From positions 1-61,038 of the forward strand of contig CAMYWP010000001.1 in assembly GCA_947302825.1 (NCBI GenBank): a DNA stretch of 61,038 bases, given 5' to 3'. How positions within the stretch are numbered: the first letter of the stretch is position 1; each line of letters starts with the position of its first letter. The notes under the pieces are model-generated. The model did not search any database. It saw only the letters and a program-made list of their open reading frames with translations, and was not told the DNA's origin. The stretch is from an uncultured Bacteroidales bacterium. Its GTDB lineage: Bacteria > Bacteroidota > Bacteroidia > Bacteroidales > UBA932. Position numbers and translations under genes: made by a program. Shown piece after piece: positions 30,142 through 40,160 of the stretch.

Positions 30142-30936
30142 TTAGGCCAGGAGGTTGGTGAGGGCTACGAAGTCTTCCACGGAGAGCTTTTCGGGCCGAA
30201 GGGAGAAGACTTCCTGTGCCAGGAAAGCCTGCAACTGCTCTTCGGACCAGCCGCAGCGGTCGGCCTTGGCACGGGCCAGGGGCTTCAGCGGGTTGCGCAT
30301 CATCTTGCGCCGCTGGCCGAAGGCCGTTTTCACCACCGTCTTGAACAAAGCTTCGTCGCAGCCCAGCTCCGTGCGGCTGTTGCGGGTGAGCCGGATTACT
30401 GCGCTTTCCACCTTGGGCGGCGGTGCGAAACAGCCGGAACCCACCGTGAAGAGATATTCGATGTCGTACCAGGCCTGCAGCAGCACGGAAAGGATGCCGT
30501 AGGTCTTGGAACCCGGGCCTTCCGCCAGGCGTTCGGCCACCTCTTTCTGCACCATGCCCACTACCTCGGGGATCCGCTCCTTATAGTCCAGCACCTTGAA
30601 GAAAATCTGCGAGGAAATGTTGTAAGGGAAATTGCCGATAATGGCAAAACGCTCAGGGAAAATCTTTTCCAGTTTCAGCTGCAGGAAGTCTCCCTCCATA
30701 AGCCGTCCTTGCATTCCCGCAAAATGCGTGAGCAGGTATTCCACGCTCTCCGAATCCAGTTCGATGAGCCGCAGGTCGATATCTTCCCGCTGCAGCAGGT
30801 ACTGCGTGAGGACACCCATGCCGGGACCCACCTCCAATACGGGCAGCCCGCCGTGCAGGGCATCCACAATGGCGCGGGCCACCTTCTGGTCCGTCAAGAA
30901 ATGCTGGCCCAAGGCCTTTTTTGCGCGTACTTCCAT
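30142..30936 (-). CDS. rsmA: 16S rRNA A1518/A1519 dimethyltransferase
   Basis: KKALGQHFL, LEVGPGMG, GNFPYNIS and PPPKVES motifs. Confidence 0.95.
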   Translation of the reverse strand: MEVRAKKALGQHFLTDQKVARAIVDALHGGLPVLEVGPGMGVLTQYLLQREDIDLRLIELDSESVEYLLTHFAGMQGRLMEGDFLQLKLEKIFPERFAIIGNFPYNISSQIFFKVLDYKERIPEVVGMVQKEVAERLAEGPGSKTYGILSVLLQAWYDIEYLFTVGSGCFAPPPKVESAVIRLTRNSRTELGCDEALFKTVVKTAFGQRRKMMRNPLKPLARAKADRCGWSEEQLQAFLAQEVFSLRPEKLSVEDFVALTNLLA

Positions 30937-30937
30937 A

Positions 30938-32056
30938 TCAGATTCCTCCTCCTACTATGGCACCGGGAACAGTGGCGAAATTAGGTTGTAACAGGTATTT
31001 ACCCTGGTTGTCTGCGGCGCGGGCTTCTGCGGCCAGGGCGCCGATGGGCGTATCGGCCTTGCGGCCTACATCGATAATGAGACCGTGGCGGGTATCGGGG
31101 AAAGCGGTGAGCATAGGCACATCTCCGTTGGAGTCGCCGCACACCAGCACAGGCCCGGCGCCCTTATGTGAAGGCGCCATAAACGTCTGAATACAAGTCA
31201 CTTTACCGGGGCCGATCGGCTGCACATAGGTGGAGTCATAGACGGCTGTCAGGTGATCGGCCGGGGCAAAGCGCAGACCGAAAACCCGCTCCGGCGGCAG
31301 GCCCGGGCCCAGCTGAGGATCGCAGGCCAACACCTCCACGATGAGCTCCAGGGAAGCGGAGCAGACATAGGCATCCACGCCGTTATCGGCCAGGCAGCTG
31401 TACAGGTCTTTCATTTCCGGGGAAAGATAAATGCCCCGTTCCACCGGTCCGCCCCATTGTCCGTCGGGTGAAAACCACTGCTGAACAGCCAGCTTTTCCT
31501 GGCCCAGGTGCTCCAGAATGGCCTCATGCACCACGGCGCGGGCCTGCTCCTCCGTGAAGCCGGCCAGCAGCCCGGGCATCCACAGGTAAGACACGGACCC
31601 CTCAAAGACTTCATCCATCCCCACCATCAGGGAGTACATCCGCGCACGGAAATCCAGAAACAGTTCAGAATCATGGATTTGCGACCAGCTCTTGTCCTGG
31701 TTTTTCCAGGCCCGCATCATCTTGTACTCCGTTTGGAGCACCTTCCCCATCTGGGCGAAACTCACGTCCGTTCCGGGCAGCAGACGGTCCGGGTCCGGAA
31801 CGCCGTCCAGGAACAGGTGGGCGGGGGCATCGGCATAACACAGATGCTCAATCTGGTACACCCAGAGTGCCTGGGAGATGTCGTTCACAATGGAGGTTTT
31901 ATCAAAGTCAAAGACGGCATATCCCCCTTTGGCCGATGCCATGAGTCCGTTCAGGGACTCCCGGACAGCCGGGTCCCAGTTACCGGGCTCCAGTTGCCGG
32001 GCGGGCTGACAAGCGACCGCGAGGGCCAAAAAGAGAAGATAAACAAAACGTTTCAT
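30938..32056 (-). CDS. HAD-superfamily hydrolase lipoprotein
   Basis: Lipobox AVAC after ATG 32056. DFDKT motif I, CSAS motif II and GDSNGD motif IV. Confidence 0.8.
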   Translation of the reverse strand: MKRFVYLLFLALAVACQPARQLEPGNWDPAVRESLNGLMASAKGGYAVFDFDKTSIVNDISQALWVYQIEHLCYADAPAHLFLDGVPDPDRLLPGTDVSFAQMGKVLQTEYKMMRAWKNQDKSWSQIHDSELFLDFRARMYSLMVGMDEVFEGSVSYLWMPGLLAGFTEEQARAVVHEAILEHLGQEKLAVQQWFSPDGQWGGPVERGIYLSPEMKDLYSCLADNGVDAYVCSASLELIVEVLACDPQLGPGLPPERVFGLRFAPADHLTAVYDSTYVQPIGPGKVTCIQTFMAPSHKGAGPVLVCGDSNGDVPMLTAFPDTRHGLIIDVGRKADTPIGALAAEARAADNQGKYLLQPNFATVPGAIVGGGI

Positions 32057-32077
32057 GCGGTTTACTGCGCTTTCCCG

Positions 32078-32108
32078 CAAAGATACTCATATTTTTTTGC
32101 TATTTTTG
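32078..32108. promoter_or_regulatory. Divergent -7 promoter boxes for the HAD gene and aspS
   Basis: TATCTTTG on - (32078-32085) and TATTTTTG on + (32101-32108). Confidence 0.55.
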
Positions 32109-32147
32109 TAGGTTATTGCGTGTATAAGATATTATTTAACATAAACT

Positions 32148-33917
32148 ATGTTCAGAACACACACCTGCGGAGCACTCCGCATTGAGAACAAAGGACAGCA
32201 GGTAACCCTGGCCGGCTGGGTTCAGAAAGCCCGCAAACTGGGCGGCATGACATTCATCGACCTTAGAGACCGCTACGGCATCACCCAGTTGGTAGTGGAG
32301 GCCGATGCCCCCGCCGATCTGGTGGAAACCGCCACCTCCCTGGGCCGCGAATTCGTAATCCAGGCCTGCGGCGAAGTAGTGGAACGCCAGGCCAAGAATC
32401 CCAAGATGCCCACCGGCGACATCGAAATCAAAGTATCGGCCATCAACATCCTCAATAAATCCGTCACTCCGCCCTTCACCATCGAGGAAGAGAGCGACGG
32501 CGGCGAGGATCTGCGCATGAAATACCGCTATCTGGACCTGCGCCGCGGCCCGCTGCAGCGTGCCCTGGCCTTAAGGCACAAAGTGGCCCACGAGGTTCGC
32601 AATTACCTGGACGCCAAAGGCTTCATGGAAATTGAAACCCCGTACCTGATCAAGAGCACCCCGGAAGGCGCCCGCGACTTCGTGGTCCCTTCCCGCATGA
32701 ACCCGGGCCAGTTCTATGCCCTGCCGCAGAGTCCCCAGACCTTCAAGCAGCTCCTGATGGTAGCCGGCTACGACCGTTACTTCCAGATTGTCCGCTGCTT
32801 CCGCGATGAAGACCTCCGCGCCGACCGTCAGCCCGAATTCACCCAGATCGACTGCGAAATGTCCTTCGTGGAGCAGGAAGACGTGCTGAACACCTTCGAG
32901 GGCATGATGCGGCAGATGTTCAAGAACGCCCTCGGCGTGGACATCCCGGGCCCGCTGCCGCGGATGAGCTGGTACGACGCGATGGACAACTACGGCTCCG
33001 ACAAGCCGGACGTCCGCTTCGGGATGAAGATCCACGAAATCACGTCCCTCGTGCAGGGCTGCGGCTTCAGCGTGTTCGACAGCGCCCCGTACGTCGGCGC
33101 CATCGCCGTCCCGGGCGGCGCCGAGTACACCCGCAAGCAGATCGACGAGCTGACCGAATGGGTCAAGCGCCCGCAGGTGGGCGCCAAGGGCCTGGTCTAT
33201 GTCCGCTGCAACGCCGACGGCAGCGTCAAGTCCAGCGTGGACAAGTTCTACACGCCGGAGCAGCTGAAGGCCGTGGCCGACGCCTGCGAGGCCCAGGCCG
33301 GCGACCTGCTGCTCGTCCTCTGCGGCGAGAAGCGCAAGACGCAGACGCAGCTGGGCGTGCTCCGCATCGAGATGGGGAACCGCCTGGGCCTGCGCGACCC
33401 GAAGGTCTTCGCCCCGCTGTGGATCGTGGACTTCCCGCTCCTGGAGTGGGACGACGAGACCCAGCGCTTCTACGCGATGCACCACCCCTTCACGGCCCCC
33501 AAGCCGGAGCACGAGAAGTGGTTCTATTCCAACGCGAAGGAGGACCTCGAGCGCGTCTGCGCCAATGCCTACGACTTCGTCCTGAACGGCTCCGAGCTCG
33601 GCGGCGGCTCCATCCGGATCCACAACGCCGACATGCAGAAGCGCATGTTCGAGGTGCTGGGCATCGGCCCGGAGGAAGCGGAACTCAAGTTCGGCTTCAT
33701 CATCAACGCCTTCAAGTTCGGCGCCCCGCCGCACGGCGGCCTCGCCTTCGGCTTCGACCGCGTCTGCGCCCTCATGGGCGGTCAGGACACCATCCGCGAC
33801 TACATTGCCTTCCCCAAGAACAACCAGGGTCGCGACGTCATGATCGACTCCCCGTCCGAAATCGACGCTTCTCAGCTGGAAGAACTCCAAATAGCCCTGA
33901 ACCCTAAGGCCGAGTGA
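32148..33917 (+). CDS. aspS: Aspartyl-tRNA synthetase
   Basis: [44 protein letters not shown] and PPHGG motifs. Confidence 0.97.
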   Translation: MFRTHTCGALRIENKGQQVTLAGWVQKARKLGGMTFIDLRDRYGITQLVVEADAPADLVETATSLGREFVIQACGEVVERQAKNPKMPTGDIEIKVSAINILNKSVTPPFTIEEESDGGEDLRMKYRYLDLRRGPLQRALALRHKVAHEVRNYLDAKGFMEIETPYLIKSTPEGARDFVVPSRMNPGQFYALPQSPQTFKQLLMVAGYDRYFQIVRCFRDEDLRADRQPEFTQIDCEMSFVEQEDVLNTFEGMMRQMFKNALGVDIPGPLPRMSWYDAMDNYGSDKPDVRFGMKIHEITSLVQGCGFSVFDSAPYVGAIAVPGGAEYTRKQIDELTEWVKRPQVGAKGLVYVRCNADGSVKSSVDKFYTPEQLKAVADACEAQAGDLLLVLCGEKRKTQTQLGVLRIEMGNRLGLRDPKVFAPLWIVDFPLLEWDDETQRFYAMHHPFTAPKPEHEKWFYSNAKEDLERVCANAYDFVLNGSELGGGSIRIHNADMQKRMFEVLGIGPEEAELKFGFIINAFKFGAPPHGGLAFGFDRVCALMGGQDTIRDYIAFPKNNQGRDVMIDSPSEIDASQLEELQIALNPKAE

Positions 33918-35056
33918 TTACTAAGCACGCAGACTACGATCTTTCCACCCGGAATACCTTCCGGATGAAGGTAAAGTGTGCGCTGTTTGTGGAACTTACG
34001 GAAGAGGCCGATCTTCCGGCCCTGGACTGGGCCTCCCTGCCCCAGCCCGTCATGGTGATGGGCGGGGGCTCCAACCTCCTGTTCACCAAAGACTTCCCCG
34101 GCACCATCCTGCATTATGCCGCTGGAGGAACAGCCTTCGGCGGAACTCCGTTCACTTCGTTCACTCCGGCCCCTCCCACTGTCTCCGGCGTCCCCTCCGG
34201 GAACTTGTATCCAGCGGGCCCCTCCCCCTGCCCTAGTGCGAGGGTGCACAAGTCCGCCGAAGGCTGTTCCTCCGACGTTCATGTTACGGTGCCGGCGGGG
34301 ACGGTGTTCGACGATTTCTGCGCCTGGGCGGCTGCTGAGGGCCTTTGGGGACCGGAGAATTTGTCGCTGATTCCCGGTGAGGTAGGGGCATCGGCCGTGC
34401 AGAATATCGGCGCTTATGGCGTAGAGGCCAAGGACATTATTGCCGATATCCGGGCCTGGGATCGCCAAGAGGGCTGCTTTGTGCATATTGACCCGGCCGA
34501 TTGCGCCTACGGTTACCGTACTTCCCGTTTCAAGACGGAGTGGAAAGGCCGCTACATCATCACGGCTGTCACCTATCGCCTTAGCACCGAGCCTCAGCCT
34601 AAACTGGACTACGGCGGTGTCCGCAAAGCCCTGGAGGGACGTCCCCTTACGCCCCAGGTAATCCGGGATACGATTATCGGCATTAGGAACAGCAAACTGC
34701 CGGATCCGGCGAAGATTGGGAGTGCGGGCAGTTTCTTCTGCAATCCGGTGATAAGCCGGGAGCATTTCGATCGTATAGTGGAAACGGCCCGACAGGACAA
34801 CGGCCCGGACTATCAGGTGCCGCACTTTGACACTCCGGACGGTGTGAAGGTGCCGGCTGCCTGGATGATCGACCAGTGTGGCTTCAAAGGCAAGCGCAAC
34901 GGCGGCGCGCAGGTATATCCCGGACAGCCGCTGGTGATTGTAAACGCCTCTGGCACAGCCTCTCCGGAGGAGATTATCGGCCTGGAACAACAAATTATAG
35001 ATACTATTGCCGGCAAGTACGGCATCACCCTTCATCCCGAAGTAGAGCATGTCTAA
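33914..35056 (+). CDS. murB: UDP-N-acetylenolpyruvoylglucosamine reductase carrying a 50-aa in-frame palindromic segment
   Basis: [41 protein letters not shown] and LHPEV motifs. Confidence 0.93.
   Translation: MITKHADYDLSTRNTFRMKVKCALFVELTEEADLPALDWASLPQPVMVMGGGSNLLFTKDFPGTILHYAAGGTAFGGTPFTSFTPAPPTVSGVPSGNLYPAGPSPCPSARVHKSAEGCSSDVHVTVPAGTVFDDFCAWAAAEGLWGPENLSLIPGEVGASAVQNIGAYGVEAKDIIADIRAWDRQEGCFVHIDPADCAYGYRTSRFKTEWKGRYIITAVTYRLSTEPQPKLDYGGVRKALEGRPLTPQVIRDTIIGIRNSKLPDPAKIGSAGSFFCNPVISREHFDRIVETARQDNGPDYQVPHFDTPDGVKVPAAWMIDQCGFKGKRNGGAQVYPGQPLVIVNASGTASPEEIIGLEQQIIDTIAGKYGITLHPEVEHV
34124..34273. mobile_element. Palindromic element (family A) read in-frame inside murB
   Basis: Perfect 21-bp inverted repeats GGAGGAACAGCCTTCGGCGGA / TCCGCCGAAGGCTGTTCCTCC, 150 bp in total. 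Core shared with 36763-36893. Mobility is inferred. Confidence 0.8.
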
Positions 35057-36356
35057 GTTTATCATCGAAGGCGGACACAAACTGTCCGGAACCATCACCC
35101 CGCAGGGTGCCAAGAACGAAGCCTTGGAAGTCATTAGCGCCGTGTTACTTACCAGCGAGCCGGTGACCATCAGCAACGTCCCGGAAATCCTGGATGTGAA
35201 GAACCTCATCGCGCTGCTGCAGGATATGGGCGTGAAAGTGGCGCGCCAGGCCAAGGGCGTGTATACTTTCCAGGCCGATGCCGTGGACACCGCCTACATC
35301 GAGACCGAAGAGTTCGTGGCCAAGTGCGCCAAGCTCCGCGGCTCCGTGATGGTGGTGGGCCCGCTGCTAAGCCGCTTCGGCCGGGCCTGGTTCGCCAAGC
35401 CGGGCGGCGATAAAATCGGCCGCCGCCGCGTGGACACCCACTTGGACGGCATGGTGAAACTGGGCGCGCAAATGGACTATGACGCCTCCCGCCGGGCCTT
35501 CCACCTAACGCAGGAAGACCGCCTTGTGGGCCGATACATGCTCCTGGACGAAGCTTCCGTGACGGGTACCGCCAACATCGTGATGGCCGCCGTGCTGGCC
35601 AAAGGCACTACCACCATCTACAACGCCGCCTGCGAACCCTATCTGCAGCAGCTTTGTAAGATGCTCAACCGGATGGGCGCCTTCATCGACGGCGTGGGCT
35701 CGAACCTGCTGCGCGTACACGGTGTGGAATCCCTGCACGGCACCACACACCGCATCCTGCCGGATATGATCGAGGTGGGCTCCTTTATCGGCATGGCTGC
35801 CATTTGCCAGAGCAGCATCACCATCAAAAACGTATCGTACTACGACCTGGGCATCATTCCGGACGCCTTCCGCCGCCTGGGCATCAAGCTGGAGCAGCGT
35901 GGCGACGACATCTACGTCCCGGCGCAGGAAAGTTATGAAATCGACTCCTTCCTGGACGGCTCCATCATGACCCTGGCCGATGCCCCCTGGCCCGGCCTCA
36001 CCCCCGACCTCCTGTCCGTGATGCTGGTGGTGGCCACCCAGTGCAAGGGAAGCGTGCTCATCCACCAGAAGATGTTCGAGAGCCGCCTGTTCTTTGTGGA
36101 CCGCCTCATCGACATGGGAGCGCAGATCATCCTGTGCGACCCGCACCGCGCGGTGGTTATCGGCCACGATCACAGGATTACTTTGAAGGCCTCGCGATTG
36201 GTGTCGCCCGATATCCGTGCCGGTATTGCCATGTTGCTGGCGGCCATGAGTGCACGGGGTACTTCCACCATTGACAACATCGAGCAGATTGACCGCGGTT
36301 ACGAAGACATCGAAGGCCGCCTGAACGCCTTGGGCGCCCATATAACACGAGCCTAA
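35049..36356 (+). CDS. murA: UDP-N-acetylglucosamine 1-carboxyvinyltransferase
   Basis: GAKNEAL, LRGS, PGGDKIGRR, SVTGTAN, DIRAG and IDRGYE motifs. Confidence 0.95.
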   Translation: MSKFIIEGGHKLSGTITPQGAKNEALEVISAVLLTSEPVTISNVPEILDVKNLIALLQDMGVKVARQAKGVYTFQADAVDTAYIETEEFVAKCAKLRGSVMVVGPLLSRFGRAWFAKPGGDKIGRRRVDTHLDGMVKLGAQMDYDASRRAFHLTQEDRLVGRYMLLDEASVTGTANIVMAAVLAKGTTTIYNAACEPYLQQLCKMLNRMGAFIDGVGSNLLRVHGVESLHGTTHRILPDMIEVGSFIGMAAICQSSITIKNVSYYDLGIIPDAFRRLGIKLEQRGDDIYVPAQESYEIDSFLDGSIMTLADAPWPGLTPDLLSVMLVVATQCKGSVLIHQKMFESRLFFVDRLIDMGAQIILCDPHRAVVIGHDHRITLKASRLVSPDIRAGIAMLLAAMSARGTSTIDNIEQIDRGYEDIEGRLNALGAHITRA

Positions 36357-36357
36357 G

Positions 36358-38493
36358 ATGGACTATAGCAAGTTTTTTTCGGCCGATGTGCCCTCCTTCC
36401 TGCGTTCGCCGGTCCGGGAAATTTTTCGGAAGGTGGACCTGAATGCCATCTGCTCCTTTGCGGGTGGCTACCCGGCGGCGGTCACCTTCCCCATGGCCGA
36501 AATCCCCGGCCTGGCCGCAAAGGTGCTGGAAAAATACGGCACCCGCGCCCTGCAGTACGGCGCCACGCAAGGCGTGCCCGAACTTCGAGAAGTCCTGGCT
36601 AAGCGCTACGGAGTGCCTGTTTCGCAGGTGCAGATCACCACATCCTCCCAGCAGGGCATCGACGTCTGTTCACGTGTTTTCCTGGACCCCGGCGACATCG
36701 TCCTGGCCAATAATCCCGTCTATCTGGGCGCCCTGCAGTCTTTCAAGGCTTACCGGGCGGTAGTGGAACCTATCCCCCTGGGGGACTCCGCTCCGCTTCG
36801 CTTCGCTCCGGCCCCTCCCATCGGCTGCGCCGACGGGCCCCTCCCCCTACACTTGTCCGAGGGTGGACAAGCCCCCAGGGGGATAGGTTCCACCTCCGAG
36901 CCAAAGGTGAAGTTCATCTATGTGATTCCGGACTTTAATAATCCTTCGGGGGAGACGATGACGCTGGAGGAGCGGAAGGAGATTGTGCGGCTGGCGCGGG
37001 AGCTGGACTGCCTCATTGTGGAGGACAGCCCGTACCGGGAGTTGCGGTACAGCGGGGAACCGCGGCCCACTATCCGGGAAATGGCGCCGGAACGGACGCT
37101 GCACCTGGGCAGTTTCTCCAAGATTTTTGCCCCGGGATTCCGGATCGGGTGGATTCTGGGTCCGGAACCGCTGCTGGAACAGATTTACGTCTGCAAACAG
37201 TGCCTGGACCTTTGTCCGCCGGTGCTGGACCAGTATATGGCCTGCGAATTCATGGCTTCCGGCATGCTGGACGCCAACCTGGCCAAAACCATTGTGGAAT
37301 ACCGCCGGCGCCGGGACTTGATGGTGTCGTTGCTGGAGAAATACATGCCGGAAGGCGTCACTTGGACCTATCCGGAAGGCGGCCTCTTCCTTTGGCTCAC
37401 GCTGCCGGAGGAGATTGACACGGTGAAGCTGTATGACCAAGCCTTATCGGCCGGCGTGGCTTATGTGGCCGGCTCCTTCTTTTATACCGACGGCAGCCAC
37501 CGCAACACCATGCGCATGAACTTCTCCTTTATTGATGAAGCCAAAATGGAGCCCGGTATCCGTCTCCTGGCCTCGCTGGTGTCATCGGCAACAGGCAAGC
37601 AAACCCTTTTCAAATTCTCTGGAGCGGGGAACGATTTTGTGGTGCTGGATGGCCGAAAAGGCGGGATGGAACGCTTCCGGCAAACGGAAACCATCCAGGC
37701 GCTGTGCCAGGAGTACCATACGGACGGGCTCATGATCCTCACGGAAGGCGAGGGCGTAGACTTCACCATGGAGTTCTACAACCCCGACGGTTCCGGCGGC
37801 ATGATGTGCGGCAATGGCGGCCGCTGCATAGTGGCTTTCGCCGATTATCTGGGCATCCGCCCGGCCGATGGCCACCTCTACCGCTTCCTGGCCCCCGACG
37901 GTGAACATACTGCTGAAATTCTGGAAAGCGTGGAGGACGCCAGTCTGGGCGAAAACACCGCAAAACGCCCGGATTCACTTGCGGCACAACGTGAACTTGG
38001 GCAGAAAGGCCCCAAAACGCCCAGTTTCGCGAAGTGGACGGTGCGTTTAAAGATGATAGACGTCAAGGGCATCACGCCGGTTAAAGGCGGGTACTTCCTG
38101 AACACGGGCACCCGGCATTTCGTAAAGTTTGTGGACAGTGTGGAGGTTTTGGATATGGAGGCCGATGCCAAACCGATACGCTGGGACGAGGCTTTCCAGC
38201 CGGAGGGCACCAATGTGAACTTGGTGGAGGTCCGCCCCGATGGGCTCCACGTCCGCACTTTTGAAAAAGGTGTGGAAGGGGAGACCCTGGCCTGCGGAAC
38301 CGGCCTCACCGCCTCGGCCCTTGCCGCTTATCATGCCGGCATCTCCGGAGAGGATGGCCCCACATACCGTTTGCAATGCCGTCGCGGCGACTGGCTGCAG
38401 GTGGATTTCCAGGCGCAGCCGGACAGCAAGTTCTCTGAGGTTTATCTCACCGGACCGGCCGAACTGGAAAGAATTATTTTAGTATCTTTGTGA
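36358..38493 (+). CDS. dapF: Fusion of a class I/II PLP aminotransferase (MocR/LysN-like) with diaminopimelate epimerase
   Basis: SFAGGYP, PDFNNPSG, EDSPY and SFSKIFAPGFRIGW (PLP Lys), followed by FKFSGAGNDF, MCGNGGRC, NTGTRH and ETLACGTG DapF motifs, all in one ORF. Confidence 0.9.
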   Translation: MDYSKFFSADVPSFLRSPVREIFRKVDLNAICSFAGGYPAAVTFPMAEIPGLAAKVLEKYGTRALQYGATQGVPELREVLAKRYGVPVSQVQITTSSQQGIDVCSRVFLDPGDIVLANNPVYLGALQSFKAYRAVVEPIPLGDSAPLRFAPAPPIGCADGPLPLHLSEGGQAPRGIGSTSEPKVKFIYVIPDFNNPSGETMTLEERKEIVRLARELDCLIVEDSPYRELRYSGEPRPTIREMAPERTLHLGSFSKIFAPGFRIGWILGPEPLLEQIYVCKQCLDLCPPVLDQYMACEFMASGMLDANLAKTIVEYRRRRDLMVSLLEKYMPEGVTWTYPEGGLFLWLTLPEEIDTVKLYDQALSAGVAYVAGSFFYTDGSHRNTMRMNFSFIDEAKMEPGIRLLASLVSSATGKQTLFKFSGAGNDFVVLDGRKGGMERFRQTETIQALCQEYHTDGLMILTEGEGVDFTMEFYNPDGSGGMMCGNGGRCIVAFADYLGIRPADGHLYRFLAPDGEHTAEILESVEDASLGENTAKRPDSLAAQRELGQKGPKTPSFAKWTVRLKMIDVKGITPVKGGYFLNTGTRHFVKFVDSVEVLDMEADAKPIRWDEAFQPEGTNVNLVEVRPDGLHVRTFEKGVEGETLACGTGLTASALAAYHAGISGEDGPTYRLQCRRGDWLQVDFQAQPDSKFSEVYLTGPAELERIILVSL
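36763..36893. mobile_element. Palindromic element (family A) read in-frame inside the aminotransferase domain
   Basis: Perfect 22-bp inverted repeats GTGGAACCTATCCCCCTGGGGG / CCCCCAGGGGGATAGGTTCCAC around the same core as in murB. Mobility is inferred. Confidence 0.8.
37944..38030. repeat. Tandem hairpin pair read in-frame inside the DapF domain
   Basis: Two TGGGC-N16-GCCC(A/G) units, each ending in CAAAACGCCC, 52 bp apart. Coincides with about 30 apparently extra residues. Confidence 0.6.
38483..38490 (+). promoter_or_regulatory. -7 promoter box (TATCTTTG) upstream of dapA, within the end of dapF
   Basis: TAnnTTTG 17 nt upstream of the ATG at 38508. Confidence 0.5.
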
Positions 38494-38507
38494 AAAAGTA
38501 ATTGATT

Positions 38508-39380
38508 ATGGATAAGTTACGCATAAAAGGCTGCGGCACGGCGCTGCTTACCCCTTTCCGGAACGGCGAGGTGGACTATACATCCTATGCCGCCACGGTG
38601 GATTGGCAAGTTACCACCGGCGTGGATTTCCTGGTACCGCTGGGCACCACGGCAGAAACGCCCACCCTCACGGAGTCGGAGAAACTCCAGCTGCTGGAGG
38701 TGACGCTGCAACACGCAGAAGGCCATCCCGTACTGGCCGGTGTCGGCAGCAATTCCCTCAACGGAACCCTGGCCAATATGCGTCTCCTGCAGGATGCCGA
38801 TGCCTTCCTGGTAGTGGTTCCCTTCTACAACAAACCGCCGCAAAGAGGTATGTTCCAATACTTTAAGGCGGTGGCCCAGGCAACGGACAAGCCCGTCGTG
38901 CTGTACAATGTCCCGGGCCGTACCAGCTCCAACATCGAGCCGGACACCGTGTTGGCTCTGGCGCGCGAGGTGCCCAATATTATCGGCATAAAAGAAGCAT
39001 CCGGCAACGTGGCGCAGATCAAAGCCATCCTGGACGGCCGTCCGGAAGGCTTTTCCGTGTTCAGCGGCAACGACGATCAAACCTGCAAACTTATGCAGCT
39101 GGGGGCCGACGGCGTCATTTCGGTAGCCTCCAACGTGTTCCCTTCGGCCATGGCCGATTTTGTGCACGCGCTGCAGGACGGAAAATTCCAGGAGGCCGAA
39201 AAGATGCACCAGCGTCTGCTGCCTCTGTTCAAAGCCCTCTTCGTGGAACCCAGCCCCATTCCGGCCAAGGCCGCCATGGCTCAGCTGGGCCTTATGGACA
39301 ACAGCCTCCGCCTGCCGCTGGTCCCCGCCACGGAAGCTACGGAAGCCCTTATCAAACAAACCCTTCAAGCCCTCTTTTAA
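38508..39380 (+). CDS. dapA: 4-hydroxy-tetrahydrodipicolinate synthase
   Basis: TALLTPF, GTTAE, PFYNKP, LYNVPGRT, IGIKEASG, SGND and RLPL motifs. Confidence 0.95.
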   Translation: MDKLRIKGCGTALLTPFRNGEVDYTSYAATVDWQVTTGVDFLVPLGTTAETPTLTESEKLQLLEVTLQHAEGHPVLAGVGSNSLNGTLANMRLLQDADAFLVVVPFYNKPPQRGMFQYFKAVAQATDKPVVLYNVPGRTSSNIEPDTVLALAREVPNIIGIKEASGNVAQIKAILDGRPEGFSVFSGNDDQTCKLMQLGADGVISVASNVFPSAMADFVHALQDGKFQEAEKMHQRLLPLFKALFVEPSPIPAKAAMAQLGLMDNSLRLPLVPATEATEALIKQTLQALF

Positions 39381-40156
39381 TGGACATTACGCTGCAAGAA
39401 TTCAATCAGGTGCTGGACGCCCTGGAGCGGGGCGAGCTCCGCGTAGCCCAGAAAGTGAACGGAGTCTGGGAAGTGAACCGGAAAGTGAAGGAAATCATCC
39501 TGGCCGGTTTTAAACTGGGTGTGGTGAAAGACATGTCCCAGGGACAGTTCTCCTTCTTCGACAAGGACACGTTCCCGGTACGTGAGTTTAAGGCGGCCGA
39601 TGGTGTACGCATCGTCCCCGGCGGCACCTCCATCCGCCGCGGCGCTTATCTCGCGCCCGGCAGTATCGTGATGCCGCCCGCCTACATCAATGTGGGCGCC
39701 TGGGTGGGCGAGGGCACCATGGTGGACAGCCATGTGACCATCGGCTCCTGCGCCCAGGTCGGCCGAAATATCCATATATCGGCCTCCACGCAGATTGGCG
39801 GCGTGCTGGAACCGGCGGGCGCTTTGCCCACCATCATTGAGGACGGCGCTTTTGTGGGCGGCAACTGCGGCATTTATGAAGGCACCATCGTGCAGGAAGG
39901 CGCAGTGATTGCTTCGGGTGTGATCATCACTTCCTCCACGGCCATCTTCGACGGCACCACCGGTGAATTCATCCGCCGCAACGCCGACGGACGCGTGGTG
40001 GTACCCCAAAACGCTGTTGTGGTGAGCGGCTCCAAGCCCATCATCCGCGACGGCAAACCCCTGGAAAGCGGCGTGCACCTCTACTGCCCCGTAATCGTGA
40101 AGTACCGCGACGCCAAAACCGCCGGCAGCGTTCACCTGGAAGACCTGCTTAGGTAA
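39380..40156 (+). CDS. dapD: Tetrahydrodipicolinate N-succinyltransferase
   Basis: LERGELRVA, RIVPGG, YINVGAWV, GSCAQVG and IGGVLEP hexapeptide-repeat motifs. Confidence 0.92.
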   Translation: MDITLQEFNQVLDALERGELRVAQKVNGVWEVNRKVKEIILAGFKLGVVKDMSQGQFSFFDKDTFPVREFKAADGVRIVPGGTSIRRGAYLAPGSIVMPPAYINVGAWVGEGTMVDSHVTIGSCAQVGRNIHISASTQIGGVLEPAGALPTIIEDGAFVGGNCGIYEGTIVQEGAVIASGVIITSSTAIFDGTTGEFIRRNADGRVVVPQNAVVVSGSKPIIRDGKPLESGVHLYCPVIVKYRDAKTAGSVHLEDLLR

Positions 40157-40160
40157 AGTC

